A DNA stretch of 58,242 nt, counting the filler, from Sphacelaria rigidula (lineage: Eukaryota): NCBI GenBank assembly GCA_964200075.2. It is 10 parts of 10 records of this genome, joined end to end, with 100 filler letters (N's around TTAATTAATTAA, not from the genome) between each part and the next. Parts side by side here need not be neighbours in the genome. Positions count along the whole stretch, not along the records: positions 35,007 to 40,740 come from CAXNAA020024864.1; positions 40,841 to 46,574 come from CAXNAA020024865.1; positions 46,675 to 52,408 come from CAXNAA020024866.1; 7 more parts are not named here. The stretch is one strand, 5' to 3'. Shown here piece by piece: positions 35,496 through 48,364 of the stretch. The translations under genes were made by a program, and so were the position numbers. Every line of letters starts with the position of its first letter. Within the stretch, counting starts at the first letter, position 1. A model generated the notes under the pieces. It was given only the letters and a program-made list of their open reading frames with translations, made no database searches and had not been told where the DNA came from.

Positions 35496-37079
35496 TGGTG
35501 AGCAGCCCAACAGAAAAACTGCCGTCATTCATTGTGCCGCATCTTCTGAGCAACTCCTGCGTCTAAGCGCTACAGAACTCGTGACAAAGCATGCTGAAAA
35601 ACATACTTGTTTGGACCAGACATCGAGGTTTCGAGCGTCTCTTGTTGAGGATCTGAAAGAGACTTCATACTTTTGCGCCGGCGACGACGGCCGTCAACGA
35701 AACGATCCAATGCGGTGGCAGACGCCAACGATCTTTGAAACGCAGCACCATTCAGCAGTCTGCTGAGATACATCACCAGAGTACAGCATCACTACAGTAC
35801 AGTGGTCAGTTGGATAAAATGGGTGCCCCACAATAAAGCTGCAGACACACACAACGGGGGGAAGGATTAGTCCCACGCCTGGGGTTGGTTTGCCAGTAGT
35901 GTCCATGCGAGGCGCTTCATCCAGTCTGAACCAGCTATCACGCCTTGTATGACCACCTCCGCCGTGGCTGTGTTGAGAACCGGTTCCGCGGTGGGTTGTT
36001 GAACAATAATACTGGTGCAACGCGCTTGAAAATCCGAGCCTTTTCTTTTTTATTTAGAATCCGCGGCAGCTGTAGTTTGAATGTCCCTTCTGACGGTCCC
36101 AAACGGAATCTGATGCAGCGACGGAAAGCGCTGGCACCGTCCCCCTCAGATGGGATTTGTGACAACTGTGGGGGGTGTTTGGTGAATATCGCTCAGAATG
36201 AAATATGTAGAATAGTTTTCGGGGGTACCGTAGTACATCCTCCCCTGTTGGAAATCGACTTTTCCTTGCTGGAACACCTTACACCTGTTACAATGAACGA
36301 CCGCTTTCCAAGAAAACAACCCGTTATTTCCGGACTCTATTTGCTAACACTTTATGCTTATAAATTATTGTTGACGTCAGGATCGTGTCCGCAATTTTGT
36401 TCAAAACGACCACGCGTGCGAGGCCCGCGGCGTTGGTGACTGCGGCGCGGCTGCCTCGTATACGCCAGCTGTGGCCTACCACTAGTTAAAAGAGTAAAAT
36501 AATAAAAGGTTCATCGACTAAAGCTAGAAGATAGTCAACTGGACAATGTAGCTTTTTCATCGATCAAGTCTACAGCAGCGCATCGATGTACAGAAATATC
36601 GACAACTACAGAAATCATCATCGTCGATTCCGATATCATGATCAGCAGCAGCAGCAACAGCAGGATCAGCAGCAACTGCAACAATGCCAGAACGAAGCCT
36701 GCATCTCCGCGAGAAAAAGAAATGCAAATCAGGGAAGCACTACGCATAAAAATAGACGCATCTCCAAGGCATCGGGTTCAAGGCATATCACCTATATGCC
36801 TGAACAGCAGTACAGAAACGTATAAGTGCAATCACCTGTGTGTCTGCGGTAGTGTAGATATATTTGTGAAGCTAGTACAGCCAGCACAAACAGTATAAAG
36901 TAGAGTGATTCGCTTCTTGAATAACAACCATCCCAAGTGACTCCACCGGCAGGCCTGATCACAACATCCAGTACCAAGAAACATGCATCAGAGACCACTG
37001 CAGCGCAGTTGAGCATCAAGAATGACACAGCCGATTTCGAGGCGCGGTGGCTACAACAACAGATAAGTGATTTTGGCGT

Positions 37080-38300
37080 TACTTGACGTTCTTGAATTTC
37101 ACAGAAGCGGGGCTGAGGGGAGCAGCTACAGCATTATCAATGAAAAAGGGATCCACCCAGTGAGTCCAGTCATCACGCGTGTTCGACATTAAATCGAAGG
37201 AACGCTTGAGTAAGTAGTACAAGATATATCTAACGACTAACTCGTCGGCATCGTAATCCTCTTGACCAGCAGGGCTGGAAATCAGGGTCACGTAGTATGT
37301 TCCAAGCGAACATGGAATCGCTGACTCTCAATCGAATACCTATACTTTCAATCTCATGGAGACCGTGTTGGCCTCCGAAGAGGTGACGGGCATGAATTTG
37401 TAATACGTCCAACTTCTCTCTGTTCAGCGCAGCACAATTGGCAGCGCTGTGACACAAATCTTGTGTCGGGTTCAGGCCGTTTCGCCCGGCTGATATTCGG
37501 GCCATTTGGCCACGATGCCCGCCCACAGAGTCGACGAGGTCTTCATTTCGGTCAACGAGCACGGAGTGATAGTGCTGTATTGTTACCAAGTTCACAGAAA
37601 AATGCCGACAAACAAGTACCACTTAAACCAGGTGTTTTGAGACCAGAGCTCGCGAGCACAGCGTCCGAATAGGTTTGTGGGAACGTCTCGTTGGAACGTC
37701 TCTGTCTACCTACACCTTCACGATAAGACATTCCTAAATGATGAAGGTAAATGTACAAAAATGTGATGACTCATTCATGTTATTGCCCCCGATTCCTCGG
37801 ACAGTATAAACCCTAAAACCAGATTCGCTCACTGCAACAACAGTTGTTGTCTTTTCATCATATTTTCCGTACCTTCAAATCATCACGACGGAACTTAGTA
37901 TACTCGACTCTTGGTTCTCGATTCTCCAGGAGCGAGCGATAACGCACGCAATCGAGGACAACTCAACACTACGAATCACTCCACACATCCATGGTATGAA
38001 CGATAGGACATGCGGCGCAAAAATACTCAGATTAAAGCTGATTTCACACCCTCCGACCAGAAACCACCCGCTCGGGAGATGAAACTGCGCGTCGTTGCCG
38101 CAAAATCAAAAGTAGTCTAGACCCATCGGAAACGAACATTACTTGCTTGCAAAGTGTCGCTGCAGCGTGCTTCGCCTCCAGTACCACCTGACTCAGAGAG
38201 TTCGACTTACTTACCCCACGCTCACAAAGGCATTGGAAGGGGACATGATTTACTACACGACCTAAGGGCGCACCTACGGCAGACACTAAATACACTGCAC
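37080..38300 (-). pseudogene. Highly decayed hAT transposase (C-terminal dimerisation domain recognisable)
   Basis: TLWAGIVAKWPEY...ALPIV..TERSWTYYKFM then LVVRYILYYLL, resembling WW..PEL..LP..SA..ERxWSxY.F..KLVY; upstream extent uncertain. Confidence 0.5.
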
Positions 38301-38869
38301 TAACCTAGTATTCACTCAGAACGGGCGCACACCATATGCACACACAACCTAGTACGGTCTGACAGGCGGGTGATCTTCCATACAAACTCACATCGAGGAA
38401 CGCACGTCCATCACACTCACTCTCCGACTACTTTCGCGCTACAGCAGTCCGGCCACATCGAAGAAGGCATCGGTGCTCAACGCGATTCCGCCTGGTCCCC
38501 CCTGCCTATACGAAGACCCCCTTTCATTCGAATCCGCCCACAAGAAGGTCGCGTGTCGACCGTTACACGAATTGAAGAACCACTGTGTAGAGAATAACGC
38601 GTGTACTAGTACATACTAATTCCCCCAGCGGAGAAAAATCACCATTTAGACAGGGTCGCGCGAGGAGCGAATACCCACGCAACGAAAGCAATATCTCGCA
38701 GTCGACGATGAAACAAACACGATGACAACCCACCCCAAGTACATACAATTACACTATCATATCAAGTAGAGTTGAAAACCCTTTGTTGTCGAAATAAAAT
38801 GATAGAAAAAGAAATTGCACCACAAGTACCAAGGATTAGGAATAAAAAAAATAATGCTCACTTGTTGTG

Positions 38870-38969
38870 TTGTTTTAGGTGGAGAGCAATCACCCCGTGC
38901 GAAGACGGGACTCGAGTCTCACAAGTGTGTCTGTGTGGAGGATCACGAGACCGTATCCTCCTCAGGCAC
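38870..38969 (-). mobile_element. tRNA-derived SINE head
   Basis: Minus strand GCCTGAGGAGGATACGG (A-box-like) and GAGACTCGAGTCCCG (B-box-like) at tRNA-like spacing; does not fold as a cloverleaf. Confidence 0.5.
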
Positions 38970-39592
38970 ACTTTTTTTTTGTTTTAGAGCGCGTGCTAAA
39001 CCTATGCTGCTCTACGATTTGAAACAAATAAACAGAAAAAAGAACGAAAAAAAACGCACGGTGTGTGGAAGACAACACCCTGCGGGAAAAAAATTCTTTT
39101 CGCAACGAGCGCCTGTGCAGAACAGATGGTCCGCTCTCCGTCGTTCAGTAACACGTGGGCCCATACACCGCGCCGTAGTGGCAACAAGGCATACCTCATC
39201 TAGATGGATCAGATGTGCCCTATACAGAGATATGGTGCGGCAAGTACACGTTCGCGCGACGACGTGGCGTTACATAGCAGCGATATATCCTATCACGATA
39301 ACTCAAATGCCGCCAGCTATTATACCTGCGATGTAGCCAAGCAGACTGTTAAAGATAGCGTATGACTGAAACGCCCCCTGACGGATTCAGTTCACGATCA
39401 CAGCCACAAACGAATACAGTACTTATCGCGGTACAAAAACAAATCCGATAACAAACGTCGCCCTTTTTGCCCTCATGAAGACAAAAGTAGAGAGCGACAG
39501 ACGAGCCATATCTCATCCATAGAAATAACTTATATGTATCAACCTATCACAACGGTCAATATCCCTACAGCACCACGATCAAAGTAGCATTT

Positions 39593-39854
39593 CTACCGTC
39601 GGAGACCAGTTTTATCCAGAGCGGCCTGCTCGTCAGGTGTGAGCACATTTTCATCCTCTGGGGTGACCTTGGCTAGAATCTCGTTGGTGAAGCCCATCCT
39701 GTTTTGGATGGCCTCATCTTCTGCCGCCGCCTCTTCGGCCACCTTCTCCTGCTCCTTCAGCTCGGGCTCGGCCTCCTTCAAATCAGCCGCTTGCTCGGCT
39801 TCATCAGCAGCATTTTCAGCCGGGGAGACCGGCGCTGGTACAGGGGCCAGCTCA
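39593..39854 (-). CDS. Exon (probably terminal) of an acidic Ala/Glu-rich protein
   Basis: Pyrimidine tract + CACAG acceptor; ELAPVPAPVSPAENAADEAEQAADLKEAEPELKEQ...LDKTGLRR*; coding-like composition; family unknown. Confidence 0.65.
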
Positions 39855-40053
39855 CTGTGGGTGGCATAAGGCGAAGGAAAAGAGTGTTACGAGAAAAGGG
39901 TCGATCCAACATCGATTGATTGCTTGCTCGGCTTCATCAGCAGCATTTTCGGCCAGGAAAACCGGCGCTAGTACTGGGGTCAGCTCACTGTGGACTGCAC
40001 AAGGCGGGGGAGAAGAAAGTTACGAGAAACGAATTGGTCTAACACCAACTGAT
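39790..40053. repeat. Two-copy ~132-bp tandem duplication spanning a splice acceptor
   Basis: 39790-39920 and 39922-40053 share CTTGCTCGGCTTCATCAGCAGCATTTTC...CAGCTCACTGTGG...GTTACGAGAAA. Confidence 0.9.
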
Positions 40054-40137
40054 CGGTGAAAGACATGCCGGAGGCACTTTATTGCTACCTCTAAGACGGT
40101 GCAGTATGTCGTAACTGCATCATGATGTATTAAACGT

Positions 40138-40386
40138 CGTACTCAACCCACCCAAGATTTGGGTAGAGTGTTTGAGGTCATACCCGTGTGATACTCTGTA
40201 CCCAGGTATCGCTGAGTGCTTACCCAATATTTAGGGAGAGTATTTAGGTCGTACCCAATCTACAAAAAACTTTTGTAAAGTATTCGAGGTAATACCCAAT
40301 CTGCCCAGAATCTGGGTTGAGTATTTGAGGTCGTACTCAAGTGATACTCTATACCCAGGTATTGCTGAGAGTGCTTACCCAATATT
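40138..40386. repeat. Diverged copy of the 41-bp palindromic array
   Basis: GAGTATTTGAGGTCGTACTCAAGTGATACTCTATAC...GAGAGTGCTTAC shared with 22662-23170. Confidence 0.85.
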
Positions 40387-40664
40387 AGGACAAATGACGC
40401 CGGAAGGTTTAACGAGAGATTCAAAGTAGGTTTTTGTCTTTATATTGGTGACTGAGAGTAGATGCCGACAGAATCTACTCCAGCGGGAGGCTGAAAAGGG
40501 GAAGATACAAGGCAATCCCCCCGCCCCCAACTGACAGACCGTAGCCACGGTAGCCACGACCCACACGTGTAGATAAGTTCATAATAGGAAACCATGAGGG
40601 CGAGGATTCGACAATTTTCACTTCGCCTGGTAGAGTACAAGCATATTTCGGCCATTTGGGAATA

Positions 40665-40740
40665 AGGGCTGTACTCATGACCATTGACCTCGCATCCCTA
40701 CAAAGCCGAGACGGAGCACGCCGGGTTTTCGCCGGACCAG
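40665..40740 (+). repeat. Repeat family B, 5' part (contig end)
   Basis: GTACTCATGACCATTGACCTCGCATCCCTACAAAGCCGAGACGGAGCACGCCGGG. Confidence 0.9.
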
Positions 40741-40840
40741 NNNNNNNNNNNNNNNNNNNNNNNNNNNNNNNNNNNNNNNNNNNNTTAATTAATTAANNNN
40801 NNNNNNNNNNNNNNNNNNNNNNNNNNNNNNNNNNNNNNNN
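40741..40840. other. Artificial contig spacer
   Basis: Same 100-nt spacer. Confidence 0.99.
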
Positions 40841-40897
40841 GGATGGGACTTCAACCTCATTTTATGTTTCAACCCCAAAAATTAGGATCGGCTGTTC
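40841..40897 (+). repeat. Repeat family C (contig start)
   Basis: ACTTCAACCTCATTTTATGTTTCAACCCCAAAAATTAGGATCGGCTGTTC. Confidence 0.85.
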
Positions 40898-41002
40898 AAT
40901 ATATATCGCCGAAAAAAGGATCTATTTCGGACAGTTTCTACTGCTGTTCGAAATATATCCCTTTTTTGCCCAAAATATTGGGCGAAAAAAGAATGTGTTT
41001 TA

Positions 41003-41093
41003 AATAGCTTGCCCTGCTGTCCGAGATAAATTCCTTTTTCCCCGATTGAATCGGGCAAAAAGGAATTTATCTCGGACAGCAGGACAAGCTATT
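41003..41093. repeat. Near-perfect 91-nt palindrome
   Basis: 45-bp arms pair at 43/45 around a single G (41048); a decayed related palindrome lies at 40908-40990. Confidence 0.95.
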
Positions 41094-41399
41094 CCAAAAA
41101 ATTATATTTACAGGTTTTGTACCAAACTAATTTGGAGTTTTCCAAATTGGGAAGGCCTCTCCACAGGGTTGCTCGCAGGGTTTCGACAAAAACGCTATGC
41201 AAAACGCTATTAAAGGTACTAGGGTTTGCAAATGCTACACAGGGGTTTCACAAAAACTGTGGAGAACCCTGTGCAGCTCGTCCTACAGGGTGCTATTTGT
41301 CCATGTGTAGGGTTCATCACCTAGCAAGCGGGCATGTCGATTTGTAGGATTTCCCCTGGGAAGGGCCGCTGTAGGCCGGCGAACTAGAAGAACTACACC

Positions 41400-44300
41400 A
41401 TCATCATCCGTATGCAGCATACCTTTCCGCGAAAGTTCAGTAACTTTATCCTGTGTGGGGGCGTTGAGGTTCCCGATAGGGAAAAGAAATACGGCTTCTG
41501 AGAATGGACTTGGGCAACTTTTGGATAGATAATGGATAGCTGATTTACAAGTAGGTTCTGCCTATTGTTCCCGGGCCCAATCGGCGTGGGAGAAGAGGGT
41601 CAAACGTTCCTTGAATACGCCATCTCTTGAAGCGTCTACTTCGCGTTGGGTCGGGTCGGGATGGGGGTGACACGAAGCGGTGATGTTGGAATCAAGGGTG
41701 AGCCTACTAGGTGGTGTATTCTCAGGCGGAACGTGAACGTCTACTCCTGCGTCGATTAGCGTGGTGGGTGTTGGGGTGGTGTTGTTAATATCGTCACCAA
41801 GGGAGGGGGTCACAGCCGCAGTTTCGGCTATGGTTGGCAAGGGAGGCACGGTCGGGGTCGATTTTCTGGGAGCCTTGCGTCGTGGAGGTTGAGGAGGCGC
41901 AAGGAAACTATCGGGAACCGGGGTGGGGGTAGGGAGGGGAAGGTCAGGATCAGATACAGCTAATTGGGTGGCCGTGTCGGCGGTCCGCCGGCCATGAGTC
42001 CTGCTCGAAATCAAATCTCGAACTTGAACTGGCGAAACGGAGTCAGCAAAGGACGGTTCTACACCTGCTGCGAAAACCATGCGTTGGCCGGTTGCACGAA
42101 AATTATCATAGCCAACAGTATTTGTAGACAGTCCGTTTCAAACTGAGTACAGCGATTGAGGTTGCAAGTTGCCCAGAACTGATGCGTGGGCTGTGGTCGT
42201 CAGCCCACCCATGCCTGAAGCCGGCGTTTTTCTCAGCGAAAGTGATGTGCAGAGACCTCCATGTCTATTCTTGCTAATGGAATATACAACGTCTTCGGTG
42301 GGATCGGTGATACGTCCCATGGGGGATTCATCGATAGGTTGAGCTGGTGTGGGCAAGCGTGATAGGAAGCCGGCGTTTACATTTGCGAGCCTTTGCGATA
42401 TTTGAACTGGAAGTTGTAGGACGACAGGATTTCGAACCAGCGTTGTACCCTAGCGTTGTGTTCTGCTATTTTGGCGAGGCTTTCCAAAGACTTCTGATCC
42501 GTGTAAATCACAAACGGGATGCCATGCAAATACTGATGCAGACGTCGCACGCCCCAAACAACTGCACCGGCATCTCGTTCTATGACAGACCAATTCTTTT
42601 CATTTGGAAAAGTGGTCATATAAACAATGGGACGAACAGTAGCATCATCTTGCTCCTGTTCTAATGTGCAGCCAAACACAATTTTGGAAACATCTATGTG
42701 GAGACAGAAAGGGCTGGAAACATGTTTCGCGGCCGACCAGTCGGGGAAGACGAGAATCGGCGGGCGCGAAAGGGTGTCAAGAAGACGGCGGACGTTTTTT
42801 TCAATTTCCGATGTGAACATAAATTTCACCCCCTTTTTTTAGAAGGGTGCTGAGGGGTTTGAGCGTTTAGGCAAGCTTCGGCAAGTACTGTCTGTAGTAG
42901 CTTAGACCTCCCAACAAGGAACGCAGTTGAGAAATGTCCCGTGGCATGGGCATATCGTCGAGTGCGGTGACCTTGTTGAGGTGTGGGCTACGACCGTCGG
43001 GGGTGATGCAATGACCCAGGAACTCAATCTTCGTGGCGCCAATGCGGGATTTGAAGGGGGTGAGTACCAGGTTGTGTTAATCAAACCGACCAAAGAATGA
43101 TGCCAATTGTTCGACGTGTTCGGCCGGTGTGCAGTCGTGGCCCACCGCATCATCAAGGTAGATATGGCATTTTGGCAATCCGTCAGTCACACGGAACATT
43201 AAACGTTGAAAGCGCCTGGGGCTTCGGCGGGACCTTGTGGTGTATCCAGCCAGTCGTACAAACCTGATGGCGTGCAGAACGCCGTCAGTTCAACGGAATT
43301 CGGACGCATCACAAGTTGATGGTAGCCGGACTGCATGTCAAAGTCCGAAAATACCTTACCCCCGCCAAAGAGTCAATAATTTCATCAATCCGTGGGAGGA
43401 GCAGCCGGGCGGTTTTGGTAACAGCGTCCAATCGTTGATAATTGATCGTCAGTATGATTTTGCCACTGTTCTTGCGGACGACTACTAAAGGCCAGGCCCA
43501 CGGAGACGTCGAGTGCCGAATTAAATCGGCGGAGAAGTAACCATCGAGAATTACCTGGATCTTATCCGCTAAGAGGGGGTTCGTGCGGCACGGACGCATA
43601 GCGATAGGCGGAGTGCCATCAGGGATTTTGATCTTGAACGATGTCGTGGTAGATCAACCTAAATCTAAGGGTGCAGTAGAAAACCCTTCAGAATATCTAA
43701 TCAAGGTGGATCTCAATCTATCGATGACAGTGGGTGTCCAACCATCGCCGGATAGATCAAAACCAATATGCCGCAAATGAGGGGGGATGCCATCTCACAA
43801 CGTTTGAAAACTGGCGCCTTGCTCCAGGGAAAATCTATCCATTAATGCAGTTGGTTTGGGGTTAAGGTTCACGCGCATCTGGTGGATTTATCAACACCAT
43901 GGGGTCAGGCATGTGTCGCCGGGGGAGGGGCGTAGTTTTCGGGGGGTCGGTTGACAAATTGGTGTCCGCAGGGGGGCATACATCTGGCAGGGCCGTTCGT
44001 AGAAGAGGCGGTTGAGCATAGCCCGACTACTGTCTGTTGAGTGTATCGAAACATGCAGGGGACGTGAGGTAAATGTCCTGCCCACCTTCACGAACAAAAA
44101 CTTCGGTCTCTTCAAACGGCCCAATCTGTGATTGGTCAGGTTTGAGCATTTTGACCAAATATAGTCCTGTGAGGGCGGGCGATCCATTGCGTCTCACGAG
44201 GTTCACATGGGTAAGTTGGGGTTCACGAGAAAGCGAGACTGCAGGTTCACCCACATAGTACAGACGGAAAGCATTATTACCTGTTTGCGTGGGGTCATTC

Positions 44301-46280
44301 TTCTAGGCATGAGTCCCCGAATCAGTGTCGAGGTGACCCAGTGACAGTTTGCCTGTGACTGGACGGTTCGGGACAGGTATGTTCGACGTATGCGTGTGTG
44401 TGGAAAAACGAAGCCAAGTATCTCGACCCAACAAAACATCAAAAGACATGGAACCATCGGGCACGATTAGTGCCCATACGGATAACCGAGCAGTGGGAGG
44501 AGTATCCTGGAAGAATTGTACACGGAGTCTCACTGATTGATTAACCGTAAGAGATGTGGAGGAACCAAACCCGCCAAAAACATGACGGTGCACGGTGGAA
44601 AGACGATGCTCGTCCGCCGTGCCCGCGATGATCCTCTGTTGCCAGCAGCTGGCTGTGATGAACGTTTGAGGGGAACCTGAATCTGGCAATGCAAGAGCTA
44701 TCAAATGACAGTTTGCACGCGCTCCACTATGTAAACCTATCTTAGTCGTGAAAGAGGCGTCATCCACAGTTGTAGTACCACTGACGAGATCGGGCCCGAA
44801 TTCGGGTAAGACATCTGACACATCCTGCTTTGCGTTTTGAACGTGAATGCTAAAAGTTCACACGTTCATGATCCTACGGGACAAGCTTTTGGTCGGAAGG
44901 ATGGTGCGTGCATGGAGTGTCAATGTCTGTGCCTGAAATATTTGACTTATCAGTAGAGGGTTGAACCCCACATACTGCAACGGAGGGGCGATGTCGGGGG
45001 AGGGCAGTTGTCGTAGTTGGACCCGACAACTGGTTTCTTCGTGGTGTTTCACCCTTACTGGCCAGCAGAGGGGGCGAATCGACATTGTTCCAAGCGGGAT
45101 CGATTACATCACCCAGCTTGGTCAGAACGGGGGCGATTCATCGGGGTGCGGTGTTGAATTTGATACTCCAATCAGCTCAATACCGTCAATGGTTAGGGCC
45201 AACTTCGGCGGCTTTGGAGACGATTCGTCAGAAGGCGGGGTCGATAGAGCTGTGCTGTCCACCCCGGCGTTTATAATAGGGGCCAGCGTGGGCGCGTTAG
45301 GAGACGAGTCGTCTTCCGTAACACTTTGTCTGCCTGGTGATGAACACACGATTGGGGTGTCTTCATGACTAAGATGCGAACGTCCATGATTCGACGAAGT
45401 CTTTGTCCCTACAGACGGCGACGCTTCATCAGAAATGGATTCTAACGCAGTGCAGGAGGGGTGATCAGGGAGCAGTAACGACGTGTTTATCTGGGGGGTA
45501 CCGGCCTGTTCCACTCTAAGGTTTTCATCTGGTTGAGTCCACACGCAACTTTCTCCTTCTTGGAGTTCACATGCGCTTGCTACCTCAGAATTATCTTCAT
45601 GATCATCTGGAAGAGCCTCTCTAGGGTGACGCGTATAGCGCACGAAAGGGCCGGCTGCTCCAGGGGCTATTGAAATGAGTTTTCGGACAGTCGAACTTAG
45701 CTCACGTTCTTGGCGCACCACCGGAGTCGCTGTCACTTGGGGTTCCATTCTAACCCGCTGAGCGACAGAAATCATGGGTTCTTTGCGGTTGCGAACCTTC
45801 AAGGAATAATTTCGCTCATCAAATAAAAGGGAACCGGGTACCGTAGTTTTTGCGGAACTCGGTAGGGTGGTTAGCCGGGCACTCGATCAGCTGGGGGGTG
45901 CTTGAGTATGTGGCTTCGATTTCGGTATCCTCCGATGAACGGTCGAAGGGGAAGCGTCTACAGTACCAGAAGGTATTTTGGCTCCAGGTGCGTCTGAAGC
46001 CGCACTACATGACGTCCTCTTCCCCAAAGAGAAGGGATTCGATTGACAATGATTAGTACCTGGTGGATGTAAAGCTGGGTGATCAAATCCAGGATTCAAA
46101 CGTTGGGGTTGATCACTGCTCAATTGATAGTCATGCAATGGTGCACGGGCATCGACTGTCTAGGAACCCATCAAGACGATGTCAGCATATCCAGGGAACT
46201 CACACCACATGATTAAACCCTCGGTGGCCCCCGTTGATTCACGTGTGTGATGTATGTGACCTGGCAGAGCGAAATGAAAC
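41400..46280 (-). mobile_element. Decayed Ty3/Gypsy retrotransposon (LTR end, PBS, gag-like region, PR, RT, RNase H; integrase lost)
   Basis: Protease ALPDSGSPQTFI..VLLGRD (44303-44821); RT HSTSPWAWPLVVVRK, LPRIDEIIDSL, HIYLDDA (~43150); RH ILVFPDW..NEKNWSVIERDAGAVVWGV..YTDQKSL (42377-42829); many stops and frameshifts. Confidence 0.95.
46190..46207 (-). promoter_or_regulatory. Primer-binding site (18 nt, tRNA-Phe-like)
   Basis: TGGTGTGAGTTCCCTGGA, 2 nt after a CA LTR end at 46210; resembles the complement of a tRNA-Phe 3' end (yeast: TGGTGCGAATTCTGTGGA); tRNA identity inferred. Confidence 0.7.
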
Positions 46281-46499
46281 TGTTGGAAATATAATCATTG
46301 GGTACTTCTGAGTCGATTTACCGGTTATTGTCTATTTCTGATCGTGGAATTGTACCAACTAATGAGAAATGAACCGTCATCAGAGGTAGAAAATGGACAG
46401 GCAGGTGGCTGCGCTTAGGTTTTGCGCTGAGCAACGTGGGCTGAGTTACCCCACTGTATGATATTTGGAATCTCCGGAACTTGTGGAACGTTTCCAAGA
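46281..46499. mobile_element. Possible short solo LTR interrupting the Gypsy LTR
   Basis: TGTTGGAAA...TTTCCAAGA ends similar to 13696-14297; no TSD visible. Confidence 0.35.
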
Positions 46500-46501
46500 A
46501 T

Positions 46502-46574
46502 TAACAGCCGATTTTTAATTTTGGGGTTCATACAAAATATGGGGCTGAAGTGGCATTTCTCTCTTGCACGGAAG
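46502..46574 (-). repeat. Repeat family C (contig end)
   Basis: AACAGCCGAT...TTTGGGGTT...GAAGTGGCATTTCTCT.TTGCA.GGAAG. Confidence 0.8.
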
Positions 46575-46674
46575 NNNNNNNNNNNNNNNNNNNNNNNNNN
46601 NNNNNNNNNNNNNNNNNNTTAATTAATTAANNNNNNNNNNNNNNNNNNNNNNNNNNNNNNNNNNNNNNNNNNNN
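46575..46674. other. Artificial contig spacer
   Basis: Same 100-nt spacer. Confidence 0.99.
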
Positions 46675-47624
46675 TGGGTTGTGTTAACCTTTGCGGTGGT
46701 GTTCCGGGTGTGGGGGGGCGGTGGGGGGGGGGGGGGGGGGAGGGATAATCGATCATCATAACCTCTTCCCTACGAGATTATGACTGAAAGCCTGGTTTAT
46801 TTCACGAATGTATGTGCTGTACTTGTTCCTTATCCTCCCGGAGGGGGGATTGTGTGCGATAGTGACATACAAGATCATTGGATGATGACTATGGATGTCG
46901 ATATGAATATACCAAAAACAGGTGGAACACGCATCAATTGGCCTGCACGTGTTACCTATTTCAGGGGGGCGGTGACATGATGGACTATGTTCTCTAATAG
47001 AGTACAGTGGATATCCATATCATTCTAGAAAATAGCCGAAAACTTCATCAACTCAGGGGGTGTTACCCAGGAATATTTCTCGAAATTTTACAACTATCAC
47101 AACGGGCCCCAAATTTTCGAAGTTCAGGTGGAGATTTGGCAGGCAAGTGACCATGTGCGAAATCTAGTAGCCTACCGAGTCGGAAAAGGGGTGGTGGTGT
47201 TATCGACTCCCTTGTTTTCTGTGCGGGGGTTTGTAGTGTTCAAGACGCGCGATGACGATACTTCCTCTCTCTGATGACCAAGAACGGAGACCAAAGGATA
47301 GATGCAGGTCTTCAAGTTGTTGGATACAACAATCGCATCGCCACGATATATACTTATATATATACGTTATATATACTCCATATATGTAAGTGGCCTTGTT
47401 TGTTGCCGTGTACATGCACCAGGTCGTGCTGGCCTAAAAAGCCATCGGTGCGTACTTTTGCTTTCGTGTTTTAGGTTGCAGTCGTCTTCCACTGTCGCTT
47501 GCGCTCGGTTGATGGTGATGTTATCTTGTTTGGTCCGACGGTATCCGGAGATCAAACCGCGCAGAGATATAGATTTGTCGTCATCGCTCCATTTTAGCTT
47601 GCCTTTATTTGTCGTAATAATGTT

Positions 47625-47895
47625 GCCATCGCCGGTCACGAATCACCAAATCTACGATTTTTGAGGCCTGTTTTCTCGAAACAGAGATAATAACGGTAAC
47701 CGTGGCTCGAAGAAGTATCTACTGTACTGCAGGCAGCTTTTGCACTATTCCACGTACCTGGTGTGCGCGTCCCTGGGGTGCAGCGCTGAAGTGAAGCGCT
47801 GAAGAACAGCCACCAAGGATTGATTCGTACGGTATGAATGAATCACACTACAAGCGAGTCATTTTCAGCTGAATCGTTAACTCGTTGAGCCCTTG
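47625..47895 (-). mobile_element. MITE family E, diverged copy
   Basis: AAGGATTGATTCGTACGGTA core and GCCCTTG terminus. Confidence 0.75.
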
Positions 47896-47909
47896 AAGTG
47901 GTTCATTAC

Positions 47910-48115
47910 TCAAATGCTAGATTGATCGCCGATGTTCAGATCTGTGGAGGGACTGAAAGTACGGAGTGCTCCTGGCTTGCCTAAAACAGTTTTTAATCCA
48001 TGTCGGCGTCGCGAGCGCTGATGTGAGGTTTGCCAACATAGGCTTCGCGTCGAGAACCCTCTGGACCCCCTTTGCCCGAGGGTCCTCGTATGCCTTGGGT
48101 TGGGGCTACGTAGCG
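47910..48115 (+). repeat. Repeat family T
   Basis: CCCCTTTGCCCGAGGGTCCTCGTATGCCTTGGGTTGGGG. Confidence 0.7.
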
Positions 48116-48364
48116 TTATTCCAAAATTCGCAGTTTTAGACGGCTCGATTAATCGTTGTCGCGACAAATGCGCAAGAATGAAACCATCACTCATATTTAT
48201 TTTCATTTTTGAGCGTGTTTTTTTGTTTTTTTTGTCGCGCTTTGAACCCCTCCCCTTCCTCGTGACGAGTCCATGGTCTCAAGGGGTCTACCCATTTCCC
48301 CCCGGTATCGTGACGGCGTTTTTAAAAGAGGAAAAATACGAGGAGAAGTCATCTTCCCAGGCAC

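Noticed and set aside
40841..46574. Contig 8 bounded by inverted family C copies, suggesting a giant TIR element carrying a Gypsy
   Set aside because: The two copies are clearly diverged from each other, C also occurs at other contig ends, and outer ends or TSDs are not visible
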